Position numbers and translations under genes: made by a program. From Squalus acanthias (lineage: Eukaryota), in assembly GCA_030390025.1 (NCBI GenBank), contig CM059438.1, positions 46,686,001 to 46,750,000 on the forward strand: 64,000 bases of DNA, in the 5' to 3' direction. Below the pieces are notes generated by a model. It saw nothing but the letters and a program-made list of their open reading frames with translations, did no database searches and was not told where the DNA came from. Positions 35,681 through 48,729 of the stretch are shown one piece after another; the first letter of the stretch is position 1, and the number at the start of each line of letters is the position of its first letter.

Positions 35681-37739
35681 CAGTGAACACATTTGCCACA
35701 GCCAGTTGTCTTTCTGGAGTTAAGTACTCTAATCTCACTGCCTCACATCCTTTCCATTTCCTTCCTTATGGAATCATTATAACTTCCTTACAAATTATGA
35801 CTTCCTAAATGGTTACATTTATTTTGGTTGTGCTCAATAAGGAAACAGTAAAAAGAATGCATGATGTCGTCGGATGGCTCATTTGGTAGCACCGTCACCT
35901 CCTGGTCAGAAGGTTGTGGATTTAAGCTCCACTCCAGGATCGGAGTACATAATCTAAGTTAGAAAACAACACCGACGGCACTTCAAAAAAGTAATTAATC
36001 TGCTGTGAAATGCTTTGCTAGGCTCCCGAGGACGTGAAAAGTACTATATTAATGCAAGTTCCTTCTTTTATAGAAGAACAAAGGAAGTGATGTGGTAAAT
36101 GAAAAGGAGATAAAAGAAAAAGAAGAAAAAGGCATACTCAACACACTGTACATAAAATAACTTAATCCAACAGGTAGGAGCCATTGTGATGCCTGTCACT
36201 TTAAGAGGTTGTAGTCTGGAATCTCCGATCCTTCATTTCCATATCCTCTAAAGGTTCTGATTTTGGAAGGCATCCAAATCAAAGTTCATAATGGGACCAC
36301 CCAGAAAACAGTTCCTTTTTTTAAATCAAAGGATAGAAAATTATTCCTCCAAGCTGTAATATGTGAAAACACACAACTTTTTTTATTTTAAAGAAAATTA
36401 ATCAGTTCAGAGAAGAATATAAAGAATGTGTATGTGGAGGGAGCTGACTACAAGCTACATTAAGAGGGAGGAAGGAAGGATATTTCGGATAAACCTTCAT
36501 CAGAATGAAAGAGAGAAAAAACTTGCATTTATATAGCGCCTTTCATGACCTCAGGACATCCCAAAGTGCTTTACAGCCAATCAAGTACTTCTGAAGTGTA
36601 GACATTGCTGTAATGTAGGAAAGACTTCTAACCTTAAAGCTGAGTAACTACCTATCTTCTTCATTCACTGCTCGCCACATACACAGAGGGCATTGGATGG
36701 GTGGCAAAGGATTAAAACATGGCAATCTAATAACAGGATTCAGAAGATATCGTAAACCATGAGCATTTTGTCCGTCAGTTATCTGAATCGCGCACTGTAA
36801 GTTACTGCCTCTAATCCACTGCCATCCAGGAAATGCTCTTCCACAGAATCGGTTTTAGCTTTTTCTTCTCTGGGAATGCCTTTGGGTAAAGGCGTAGGGG
36901 GTCTTTTTAACCAAAGTCGCTCGCCGGGAAACTGATGCGAGCAAGTCAACAGAAAGGCAAATCGAGCGTGGTGCAAATCAGACAGCCAGTCTGATCACGC
37001 CAGTTCCCCACTGGGCGAGCAAGGTTAAAATTCTCCCCCGTAAAATATGTCATGGCACCTCACAGAATAAGGGAATTTTCCCATTATAAAAGAACTCTAG
37101 ACTGTTCTTCACCATTCCACATTTAATGGCCTACCATATTGTCAATTAGATGCCGACATCTCATTTAGATTGAAGTTTGCATCTTTAGCCCAAATTGGAA
37201 ATTCCTAATCATAGTGATTTAGGAGCCTTATCTACTGTAGGAGGTTCCAGTCCTATTTTCCTGGGAATCAAGGTGGAATTGAACACAGTTTTACCAAACA
37301 TGGTCTTTATCAGGGCAACACTTTCAAGGAGCCAGATATAGCCAATAGTGCTCATTAAGGGTGTGTGAATTACTCTATCTGGCTGCTATTAAGATGTCTT
37401 GTGTGACCACTTCACAAGATAGCTACATGAGGAAGGCCACCTTAGCTCAATGTCTCACAAATCTCATGCCTTGTCTCTCTTAGTAATCAGGGAAAAATAT
37501 CATCCATCCTTTTAGCCTGTCTAGGACTTCCATCTCATTTATGTTGAAATCATGAATTCCACTGGAGTTGTTGGCTCTTCAGAAAGAGCATGTTAATCGT
37601 GCCTTCCTCAGTAAGTACTTAGTGGAAGTAATTATTTGGTACATTAACAATCTTATATTCATCATCAGTTTTGGCTCCATGAGCATCTTATGGGTTCTCA
37701 CCAATTCTCTGACTGTCCTCTTACTGAGAGAAAAGACAT

Positions 37740-38170
37740 TTTCTACAGCGCATTGCATGTCCTCAGGACGTCCCAAAGCGTTTTACAGCCAATTAATAAC
37801 TTTTATTTGAAGCGCGGTCAGTGTTATTTTCTAGACAAATGCAGCAGCTAATTTATACACGGCAAGGTCCCATAAACAGCAGTGAAATAAATGACCAGAT
37901 AATCTGTTTCAGTGGCGTCGGTTGAGGGATGGGTGAATGTTGGCCAAAACACTGGGAGATCTCCCTGCTCTCCTTCGCAAAAGCGTCAAGAAATCTTTTT
38001 ATGTCCTCCTGAAAAGGCAGATGGGGCCTCGGTTTAACGTGTCACCCGAAAGATGCCAGCTTTAATAATGTGCTGAGGTGTCAGCCGAGATCATGTGGTC
38101 AAGTCCTAGAGTGAAGCCGCAACCTTCTGACTCGGAGGAGAGTGTGCTACACTGCTCCAAGCTGACACAC
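37740..38170 (-). mobile_element. Deu-type SINE (diverged)
   Basis: Homologous to 18150-18577. Confidence 0.7.
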
Positions 38171-39879
38171 TGGATCATGAAGCAATCAAGTGTTACCTTT
38201 ACCAATCCAGATTCCAAACCATTTTGTTACTCCCCATTTATATTTAGCTGACTGAAATTAAAATAACCCTACTGTTCTCACATACACTTTCTTATCTCTT
38301 CGTAGAACAAACTGTCTGCTTTCTTTTCTGATCTGGCAGCCTGCTGAATATTCCAAGAGTTAGCGTTATAATTTTTACAGTAATGACGTCAAAGTGCAGC
38401 AACTCATTTTATAGCTGTATGTCCCTGGTCGATGGGTCTGTCTCACTTGCGTTCCTGTTTATTCTCTTTCCTGGAACGTTTTAACGCTGTTGTAATTACC
38501 ATCCGCTGGTGTCAGCTCTATTTCTGATATTCCGACTGCCACAACAGTCTCCAGTTTAGGTCTATTCCTAATGCTACTGCTCTTGTATTTACACTTTATC
38601 CTTTTTTGGCCTCCAGCCATATATCTGTCACTGGTATCTGGTTCCAGTCGGTCTCTCGGGAGTTGCTGTGTTCATACCTGCCTGTTGGATATCTTTCCAT
38701 CCGTCAATCAGTCTCATTTGGGATCAGATTTCTTCCTTCCCGACCTAACTAGGGTAATTGATTCTAGATAGTTGCCTGACTCTTCCTCCCAATTCTCATT
38801 GTTCCTGCTTTGTTCAGGTGCAGCCCGTCTCTCCTTACTGTCCTGAAAAATATCCCCAGTTACCTATAATTGGGCCGTCATTTTCACCAGATTGCCAGCC
38901 ACTTCTTCACATCTTCAGTTTTCTTGGTGAACTCCCCTGCTTTACTAGACATCTGAAGCATACCAGAAAATATTCCTTTGGGTCCTCTTTACTTGAGCTT
39001 TCAGGGAGGTTCTCACACAGATGGCTTTTTAAGATCCCACTTCATGAAAGCTGGCCAAGGTTGTGGCCACAACAGTGAATCATGAAAGGTGCAAATACAG
39101 TCAACCACACTCGGGTCGAAAATCCCTCGGTGTGCTATTTTTAAGTACCTGTGTGTGCTATTTTCACCTGTTTAACAATTTTTGTTAGAATGAGACACAC
39201 AAATTTGATACAAGTGTCAATCAGTGTGATAAAAACTGCTCCCAGGTCAGTAGCTGCTGCATAAAAACAGAAATGTCCGTGGATTAGGACCTGTAGGACT
39301 CATACTGCTGTGGTGATGTCCCATTGCTCGAGTTGTTAATTTACATAAAAGTGGATGTTTTTAGGGTGGAAACTGTGAGGCAAAGATGGCTCGGTTATAT
39401 AACCTGAACCAGATTAAATTCAGAAAGTAAAGTATGAATTTAAAAGTGGGCTATAAACCTGATACTAAGGGATGCAAGGTAATTCATGTAACATGTGTCA
39501 GCTTGGCTTAGTTGGTAACACTCTTGCCTCCGAGTCAGAAGGCTGTAGGTTCCATACAGACATAGGAATTTACAGCAGAGGCCATTTGGCCCATCATGCC
39601 TGTGCTGGTTCTGTGCTGGAGTAATCCAATACTAATCCCATTGCCCTGCTCGCTCACCATAGCCCTGCATCTTCCTCTGGTTTATCGGTTTATCAACTCT
39701 TCCCTTAAAAGATGCAATGGTCTCTGCTTCAACAACTCCTTGCAGCAAAGCATTCCATGCTCGAACAACTCTCTGCAAAAAAGACATTTTGCCCTAGCCC
39801 CTCCCGCATAGTCACAGAATGTTATAGCACAGAAGGAGCCCACTGTGCCTGGGCCAGCTCTCTAAGAGCTATCTGATGT

Positions 39880-40150
39880 TCACCGAGAGATAAATGTCAG
39901 CCAGGACACTGGGAGAACTCCCCTTCTCATCTTCAAATAGTGCCACGAGCTCTTTCACACCCGAGAGGGTGGACAGGGCCTTGGTTCAACACTGCATCTG
40001 AAAGATGGCACCTCCAACAGTGCAGCGTTCTCTCAGTACTTCACTGAAGTGTCAATTTAGATTATGTGCTCAAGTCTCTAGAGTGGGGGTTGACCCCACA
40101 ACCTTCAGACTCAGAGGCAAGTATGTTCCCACTTAGCCAAAGGCTGACAC
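39880..40150 (-). mobile_element. Deu-type SINE 5' portion
   Basis: tRNA-like head at about 40080-40150. Confidence 0.7.
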
Positions 40151-40524
40151 AGAGCCAAGAGTAATTTTCAGGGAAACGGGAAGAATAATCTTAGAAGCCA
40201 GGAGGGATAACATTACAGGTTAGAGTCAAGCAGATCTGTTATAACTGCCAATGGTGCTCCTTCGCGGTCAGTGTACGTAGATACAGAAAAGGATACAGTG
40301 TAAACCTTCCTTTTATTCAGACTTTCATTTAGTGGAATTTCTGTAATAGTTTTCTTTGTGGAGCTATACAAAATAGTAACGAATATAAGTACAAAGACCT
40401 TCAGGCACTTGCCCAACAGATGTGAGACGATAAAGGTAAGACTGACCTCTAGTAGGCCTATGAAAAAGGATACCGTAGTTTTATCTGGTAGTAACCAAAA
40501 GACCCGCCAAAAGTGGATGCTCAC

Positions 40525-40679
40525 CTTCATCCATGCCATTTAATATCTCATTGAGCTCCTGTTCTTTACAGTCATACTGGTGTTCCTTCCAGACTTCCCC
40601 ATTTTCACTTCGCAGTATGATAAGCTCCCTTTCTTTGTCTCGCATTGACCCAAAATGTGGTATCTCCACAATCACTGGG
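40525..40679 (-). CDS. ANK3: Ankyrin-G exon, ZU5-A: [51 protein letters not shown]
   Basis: ORF 40481..40741; acceptor ctttctag, donor G|gtgagc; 155 nt, phase 2 to 1. Confidence 0.97.
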
Positions 40680-41780
40680 CTAGAAAGAAGAGACACTTCT
40701 TGTATTATCTTTATTTGGTGGACCAGAGCAACTTTTGGCAAATTTAGAAAACTCCATTTCCAAGATCTAATTGAACTTCCCCATCAAAAGATGTTTGAAA
40801 TTTTAACCCCTCCCCACACCCCGCCCCCCCCAATTTTTTTTTGGTAATTTTAACCCTTTGAGGATTGAGATAGCATTCTTGCACCCCAACCAAAGCTCAC
40901 TCATTTTACGTTTGTTTGTTTTTCTTCGCTCCAGGAATTCTCGAAATGAAAGAACGTTGTTTTTTCCGTACATTTCATGATCTTATAAGTCGCTGTGAGA
41001 AAAGTTTCATATTTTATTTGAACTATAAAGATTTCACAACCAGCACTCAAAGGGTTAGAAACAGAATTTAAACTCAAATTTTTTTTATTTTTTTTTTTAA
41101 AAACACTGATGTTATATTTACGAACCCATCATGAACAACATTAAGACGACAGTTTGCTTTTCGGTCATCTATACAGGTTGTATTGTTCATTTAAATATAA
41201 AGTCGACTAAACCATTGCCAATGAAGGAGAAAGTCACTGGAGGGTGAAACATTTCATTGACTCTGGAACTTACATGTTTTCACAGTTTTTTTAAAAATTA
41301 GCAACCCAAAGGAAATCGAGCACGAGTGAAACTTTGCAGCAATTTTCCAATGTTTTTTTTTTAAAAGGAGGCTTCGTTGTATCAGAAGTTAATTTAGCAT
41401 CGACATTTTTATACCTAAACAACTGACATAAAATGCAAGATTTCCCCGTTTACAATGCCCCACCCCAGACCTTCCTCCCCCTCTTTTGGCCAGAATATTG
41501 GGAATGAAGAAATGTCTCTGGTTCCTTACATTTCTAATATTCTACTTCATAATATTCAACATTGGACATACACAGAAAATCATTTTTGCAAATGTGTTGA
41601 AAAGCGTGTGTGATTATTGAAGGATGCAACGGAAATTCAACACTCAATGGCGTCCCACCTTGGAAATACAGCCTTATAACGGCACCAAATCTTACACTGT
41701 CTCGTTAAAAAAACATTTCGGCAGATTGATCATTTCCTGTGTGCAGTGCAAGACATCCAGAATGAAAATATGGATATAGA

Positions 41781-41874
41781 GAATGTACCAAACCATTGGG
41801 ATTGGGCCAAATCATTGGGAATGTACCAAACCATTGGGAATGTACCAAACCATTGGGATTGTGCCAAACCATTG
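41781..41874. repeat. 19-bp tandem repeat, about 5 copies (gaatgtaccaaaccattgg)
   Basis: Directly visible. Confidence 0.85.
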
Positions 41875-42676
41875 AAGAAACATTTTAGACCTACACTTTA
41901 CAAGGCAGAAATGCTTAGGACATCCTTAAGCTTTTGAGTAGCTTTAGATTAAACACCAATTTTATGAATGTTTTAAGCAGATGTTCTTGAGAGATCCTGA
42001 CATTTTGAGTAGATCCACATTAAATAGCAATTTCATTGTTATTTTTAAGTATGTGTAAAGCAGGCAATCTGAAAAGATGTATGCAGGCCTGTTCCATTAC
42101 TTTACAAATGTACCACGTGCTTATTCAGCGTCTCCTGCTGAACTAATTAACACGAGAGCCATTTTCGCTGACCCATCGTAATGAAGGTTACAGGCTAATG
42201 AACACTGGCGATCTCCTGCCTTCGGTGGACTTAATGTCTCATTATCTCTACCCATCTTTCCGACATAAAGTTGCCCTATTTGCGCCAGCCCAAAAAAGAC
42301 AATTTTCGTTTTCATTTCCGCTGATACCTTCTCTATACCAATATTGAATGTGAAGAGCGGTCAAGTTTTACTGAATGCATTTGATGCGGCTGAAAGAGAT
42401 TTCAACGGGTGAAGTACAGAAGTAAAGCAGTTATGAAGGCAGAATGCTTGCAGTGAATTTGTAAACATGCCTGTAAGTGCCAAGCTTAAAACAACAAGAG
42501 CTTCGATAAATCAAGCCACTATGATTTTCTTTCAGTGACAGAACTGAAAGTTGTTTTTCAAAAAAAGTAACAGAAAAAAAAACCATGGGGAATGACTAAA
42601 ATAAATACCAAAAAAGAATTTAAAAAAAAATTAAAATCTGCTGTGACAGTTTGTATCTTTTTAATAAACATCCTAC

Positions 42677-42775
42677 CCAATAAAATTTGTTCCTCGAGGC
42701 CCCAGCTGCAGGATTCGGCTAACCAAGCTCTCGCCCTCGTTGAGAGGGGGAGGGTTGGTAGGAAGGTGAAGTTTA
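42677..42775 (-). CDS. ANK3: Ankyrin-G alternative 99-nt (33-aa) ZU5 cassette exon: KLHLPTNPPPLNEGESLVSRILQLGPRGTNFI(G)
   Basis: Not in the ORF track in this frame. Acceptor ttttttcag, donor GG|gtagga; phase 2 to 2, frame-preserving; similar to the 3' half of the preceding exon and to the known ANK2/ANK3 optional ZU5 insert. Confidence 0.9.
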
Positions 42776-43342
42776 CTGAAAAAACATCCATGCAGCAGTA
42801 AAGGGAAACAAAAAGTGGAAAAAAAACAATGAAGAAACTGTCATTCCCAACAGTATCCAGAATTTGAATGGAGCATTTGCAAAACTTATTCTAACAGAAT
42901 GAGCAAAAAATTTTACCGAGTTACTGCGGAGTATTTAAAGCCACATCATAGTGGATTGTTTGGAGAGGAATCTTAAAATTGGGCGTTTGCAGATGATCAA
43001 ACAAGGATGTCCAATTTTACTTTCTGGTCGGTAGAATATTATGGTTTTCTATTTGGCCATCGTTAAGCTTTTTACGAATATCCTGCTCTAAGTGACTGAT
43101 TTTAAAGAAAAAAAGCTGATACACGTTATTTAAAACTTCCGTACGTTTACAAGGAAACTGCACACTGGCTGGTTAAAATCAGATTTTAATGCCCCCTCCC
43201 GCTACCGCCCCCCCCCGGCTCAAGTTAAACTAAAAGCTCACATTCAAGAATTTGTCACCAATAGCGTTAATCCACAAAAAAAGGAAAAAAGGTAGAAGAT
43301 GAGCATCGTGTGGTGGTCAGAAAGAGCAAAGCAGCGACTTAC

Positions 43343-43567
43343 CCCAAGAACTGGGCACCTGATGGCCCAACTTCGACCAGCCGACTGGCCAAACCTTCCC
43401 CTTCTACCATAGGCGGCGGGCTCGCCAACTTGTGCCTCTTCACCAAGCGGCAGGTGATGCGCGTGGGCGCGGTGCACTTGCGGGGCGGGATGACGATGCG
43501 CATTCCGTTGTGGCGGCTGCCTCGCATCGAGCCGCCGCGAGCGTCCACCATGAAACTGACGAGGAAA
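43343..43567 (-). CDS. ANK3: Ankyrin-G exon, start of ZU5-A (spectrin-binding): [16 protein letters not shown]...SGAQFL(G)
   Basis: ORF 43339..43623; acceptor ctccag, donor GG|gtaagt; 225 nt, phase 2 to 2; contains the DAR spectrin-binding motif. Confidence 0.97.
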
Positions 43568-45418
43568 CTGGAGGGCGAGAACAAGAAACCCCAAAAGAAA
43601 ATGAGCAAGTTACTCCAAATCACGGGAAACAGTGCCTCTTCGCAGGGGATAAAAGGAAATTCTGGAAGTTAGTGGGGAAAAGATCAGTTAGCACGCAAGG
43701 AATATTACAATCAGATTTTGCAGTAATACATTTGCAACCTCACTGTATACGTCTATTTTGCTAAATGCACAGATACAGCAATAATTTCCATTCATGTGGA
43801 TAAATAATTGAAAGGGAAAAATCTGTAGGGCTATGGGGAAAGAGTGGGACTAATTGGATAACTCTTTCAAAGAGCCGGCATAGGCACGATGGGCCGAATG
43901 GCCTCCTTCTACGCCATATGATTCTATGATAATAGCATCTCTAATGTCAAAAAAAAACCTCAAAGTACTTCATAGATCAGTGTATGGAAAACTGGCGCTG
44001 AGCAAGAGAGATTAGTAGGAGTGACCAAAAACCGAGGTCGGAATAATGGGTTTTGAGATTTTTTTTTTAAAGGGGAAGAGAGAGGGAATTCAAAAGAGAT
44101 TCATATATAATTATAATTGGTTTAATTTGCACCACAGTGGTGTCAGCAAACACAGCCTATTTTTAAATCAGACAGTTCAAATGTTACAACTGCTTCCCGA
44201 TGTACAGTGAACAAGTTTTACCATCAGCAGCCTTTCTATCAGCATTTACTTGTCACAGGTTCCCCCATTAAGTGCTGTATGCTGTTCTAAAACAAAGGAT
44301 TAGGGAAATTAAAGAAAGAGTCACAAGAATGTTGCAGAACAGGTAACTGGCTTAAGAACAGAGTGAAATATCAGCAACTATTCTGAAATATCCTCGTTGC
44401 TAAACAGCAAGATTGATATTAAAGCCGTTTGCCTGTTAAATTCAGATTACTTTGTGGCCATCTGGGATTAGGTTGAGCTAATCTTTGGGTTTTAACTGAA
44501 TCATGCGGCCTGGGTACATACAAAGTTCAACTGAACAGCTGGAGAAATGTCTGCTGGTATGCAGTCAGTCTGAATGGAGTTGAACAGATTGGATGCAAAA
44601 CCACTGTAAGGGTGCTCATAGGGGACATGTGCTTTCTAGTTTTTAAAATGGGGACATTCTTTTAAATCGAAGCATGAAAATAATTCAATTTACCCTGCAC
44701 CCTGACAGAAATTACTGGAACTAAAACTAGGCCCTGCAAGGCACCATATTTTAACATGAATGCAGCTTTGATTAGCAGTGTGAAAAGAACAGCCTTTAGT
44801 TAATTCTTTAATCTCTTGAGTTGTGCTACACTTTGACAATCCTCTCTCCCTTCTTAAATTGCCTTTTTACAATGCATCGACTTCTGTTTATAGTTTGCCC
44901 TTTTTATTTCATTTATTCTCTCTTTACCATTTATTTTAACAAGGCTGATGTCACATTAGCCATAGCACACTAACGTAAATTCGTCCCAAATAGGACACAT
45001 GTGAAAAGGAGCAAGTTGACTGACTGTTCCAGCATTCTGGTAAGTGAGCGAGAGATACAGTTGAGTATATTCAAGGCTAAGATCGCTAGATTTTTGGACT
45101 TGAGGGAAATCAAGGGATATGGAGATCGGGAGGGAAAGTGGAGTTTAGGTCAAAGATCAGCCATGATCTTATCGAATGGCAGAGCAGGTTCAAGGGGCCG
45201 TATGGCCTACACCTGCTCCTACTTATTATGTTCTTATTCAGGATCACATGTTTACAGCACGGCTACAGTAGTCTGCTCCCACTGAACAAACGGCACCATC
45301 ACAGGGAGTGGGACTAATTGGATAGCCTACCAAAGAGCCGACACAAGTGCAATGGGCCGAATGGCCTCCTTCTGTGCTGTATCATTATATGATTGTCCCA
45401 TCAGGATGTTTTGCTTAC

Positions 45419-45550
45419 NNNNNNNNNNNNNNNNNNNNNNNNNNNNNNNNNNNNNNNNNNNNNNNNNNNNNNNNNNNNNNNNNNNNNNNNNNNNNNNNNN
45501 NNNNNNNNNNNNNNNNNNNNNNNNNNNNNNNNNNNNNNNNNNNNNNNNNN
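45419..45550. other. Assembly gap (132 N)
   Basis: Run of N. Confidence 1.
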
Positions 45551-46254
45551 TTGGCCTGAAAGGCAAGGTGGGTAAGGGTGAGGCCACTCTTTGCTTGACT
45601 GCAATGTAATCTTGGCTCCAATTTTAATCTTGGTGTATAAACAGGTTACAATCTACACTGCACTGTATGAATTAGTGTACCAGCTTCCTCAGAATGAACT
45701 GAAGCAGGAAATGACATTTCTAGGCTATTGTTAGCAGACCACTAAAATCAATGAGGTGTGAAGGGCATTCCAAAACTGTGAGGACCCCTACAGTATGCTC
45801 CACTGCTCCTTTAAATTTACTTTCTTTTTTAATTGTCTATTTCCCATTTTCTTCCTCCTTGAAAACACTGGTAGCCATAAACTTTCTCACCCAAGCGACC
45901 AGTCTTCGCTCGATCACCTAGACTACGAGTGCTGACAGGATGCTTGACCGCTGAAGGGGGCACAGCCGAGCGCCAATCCCACCCTCACCTGACAACCACA
46001 CTTGATTAACACTCGGGAGTTACTGGATGGCGCTTGGGAGTGGGCTCCCTGGGGGGATTTCTGCCCTCCCTAGCCCGGGGATGCAGAGGTCGATCGGAAC
46101 TCCCGCCCCAGCCAAGATCAGCTTGCAGACCAATAATTGAGCCCAGGACCTTTCTTGGTCTTTCTTGACTCAGTCCCACGCCGCATCTTTATAAGCATTC
46201 AGCACTGGGGGGGGGGGGGGGGTGCAGTTTCTAATTTTTAAACTGTACTTTAAC

Positions 46255-46645
46255 AGAAAGAACTTGCATTTTCACAAACTCGAGACGTCTCAAAGCGCTT
46301 TACAGCCAATGAAGTACTTTTGGAGTGTAGTCACTGTTGTAACGTAGGAAACGCAGCTGCCAATTTGCACACAGCAAGCTCCCACAAAACAGCAATGAGA
46401 TAATGGCCAGATAATCTGCTTTAGTGATGTTGGCTGAGTGATAAATATTGGGCAAGACATCAGGGAGAACTCTTTCGGTCTTGAGGGGACAGACGTTTAA
46501 CGTCTCATCCGAAAGACGGCACCTACAACAATGCAGCTCTCCCTCAGTACTGCGCTGGAGTGTTAGTCTAGATTTTGTGCTCAAGTCTCTGGAGTGGGAC
46601 CTGAACCGAGGAGAGAGTGCTACCCACTGAGCCCTGGCCGATACC
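46255..46645 (-). mobile_element. Deu-type SINE
   Basis: Homologous to 18150-18577. Confidence 0.8.
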
Positions 46646-46959
46646 AGCAAAGGTTTAGATTGCTGCCTGAATTTGTGCCTTTGTAATAGTTGGAAATGTT
46701 GTCGTTTTAAGCGCGCATGACTTCATTTACCCTTTAGACTTTACAGGGTGTTTGGACAATGTCTTGAACAACGAACAAACAAAAGAGGAATTTGGACAAC
46801 AATGAGCCAAACTTGGTCAGCATCTTAGGTATACCCAGAAAACATGTAGTTTTATAAAACTACACCAGGTGCTACGGCAGAAATATCAGTTTTCACAAGA
46901 AAAGTAGAAACGGTAGAAAAATTCCAGTCATAGCAAATAGAGCTAAGTGATCCCCACCC

Positions 46960-47590
46960 AGCACATAGAGCCTGAACCGGGGGGGTAGGAGTACATCCTA
47001 GAATCCTCAAGGAATTAAAAGGAGGAAATTGGTGATTCTATGACAGATGTTTCTCAGGCCTCCATAGATACTGGAGCAGAACACGAGGAGTGGAGCATGG
47101 TGAATGCAGTTCCAGAACACCAAGAACGGAGTAAAGCAGAAACATGGTACTTACTGGTGAGCTAACCAAATATCTCCAGTGGAAAAAGTGTTTTTGAAAG
47201 CATTTTACAACATGCTACAAATGAACATTTAAAGAGCAGTTATTATAGGGAGCCTTCAGCATGGTTCGAGAAGTAACAAGTCACACTTTACAAAGCTACT
47301 GGAATTTTCCGAGGGGGTAACTAAAAAGCCGGTGATGAAGGTAATCCAGTAGACGCAAGTTACTTGGCCGTTTGAAGACGTCTCACAAAAAGCTCTTCAT
47401 GTGAGACTAGCAGGAAAGGTTAAGGGTCATGGAAAAGTTGACCAATTGACTAGCTAGATTAAGAATTGGCTTAGCAACAGAAGATGGGGGTGTGGTGGGG
47501 GGGGGGGGGGGGGGGGGGGGGGGTTATAAATGGGAAATGCTCTGCCAGGGATAAAATAACAAGTGTTGTTCCAGGGCCCCTGCTGTTTAC
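46960..47590 (+). mobile_element. Highly degenerate CR1 RT fragment
   Basis: Residual HPRILKE and LLEFSEGVT-like segments. Confidence 0.55.
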
Positions 47591-48131
47591 TTGTGTAGCC
47601 CACCTGTGCTCCCAACTTCGCCTTACAGGTTTGCTACTATGGGCCAACAAACCATATATGCAAAAGCCTCACTGACGTAATGCCACTTCACTGAAGACCA
47701 CCTTGCCAACAGGAAGAAAAACAGAGTCCATCTCTAGTTTTGTCACCAGCTCTCTGTATTGGTTTTCATCAGAGTTTATTTTGTTGGAAACTGGTACACC
47801 AATGTATTGTGCCAGGGAATGGCAGGGCACAGGTGCATAGCTGGGATCTTCCACCTGATTGATCCTTGATTTCAAGTGAGTGGTCAGGGAGGGGGGGTTG
47901 CCCCAAGCAGAACTCCCTCCAACTGGTGGGACAGGACAACCCAAAGCTTCACGTTTCCCTTGCTACCAGGGGTGCGGTCTTAGCATCTAGCAACCGTGAC
48001 TGCTGTTGTGGGAAAACAAAAGCATGAAAGGGGGGAAAAAAACCCACTAACATTTAGTCAGCATGAAAATTTATACATGTGATGATGTGACATTTCACAC
48101 ATCGCGCTGGATAGCGTGGACTGCAACCTAC

Positions 48132-48238
48132 CCAGAATGGATGGGGCTGGAAACGAGGTTGACGTTGTCTAGTGTATCAGCCGTCCAGCTGAACCTTTTC
48201 AAAGAGTCGCTGTCATACTCCCTGGAAACTGCGAGATG
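48132..48238 (-). CDS. ANK3: Ankyrin-G exon: HLAVSREYDSDSLKRFSWTADTLDNVNLVSSPIHS(G)
   Basis: Acceptor tttttgtcacag, donor GG|gtaggt; 107 nt, phase 0 to 2; the DTLDNVNLVSSPIHSG motif is typical of ANK3. Confidence 0.95.
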
Positions 48239-48729
48239 CTGTGACAAAAAATGTTGAGAGGGGAAAATATATTGAGTCATGAAAGTACAGATTTTTTATA
48301 TATCAAAGCCTAGTAAAAAAAAGACAATGATTACGCTTCCTCCAAAATTCAGGGTTTTAAAGAATTAGGAACACAGAAAATGGAGGAGGCCATTTAGCCC
48401 CTCGAGCCTGCTCCGCCATTCAATCAGATCATGGCAGATCTGTACCTCAACTCCATTTACCCGCCTTTGCTCCATATCCCTTGAAACCCTTACCCAACAA
48501 AAATGAACACAACTAACTTCAAAAAACACCAAGGATTATTGCACAAACACATTGTGGGCTCAATCTAGTGGTGTTCAGATGGTGAGGCACGTGGGCATGA
48601 GGAAATACGTTTCAACAAAAACCGGAGATATTAAACCTTCACTTGCCACTTTTATAGGCTTGTGTTCACAGAATGGCAACCCAGATTTATTCGCAACTGC
48701 AACATTAAAGGAGAGTAAAGGGATAGCAC

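Noticed and set aside
38384-38391. Isolated TGACGTCA
   Set aside because: A single 8-mer is expected by chance in 64 kb
41781-41874. 19-bp tandem repeat as a functional element
   Set aside because: Short ordinary minisatellite with no further structure
45327-45621. ORFs spanning poly-X
   Set aside because: Artefacts of the N gap
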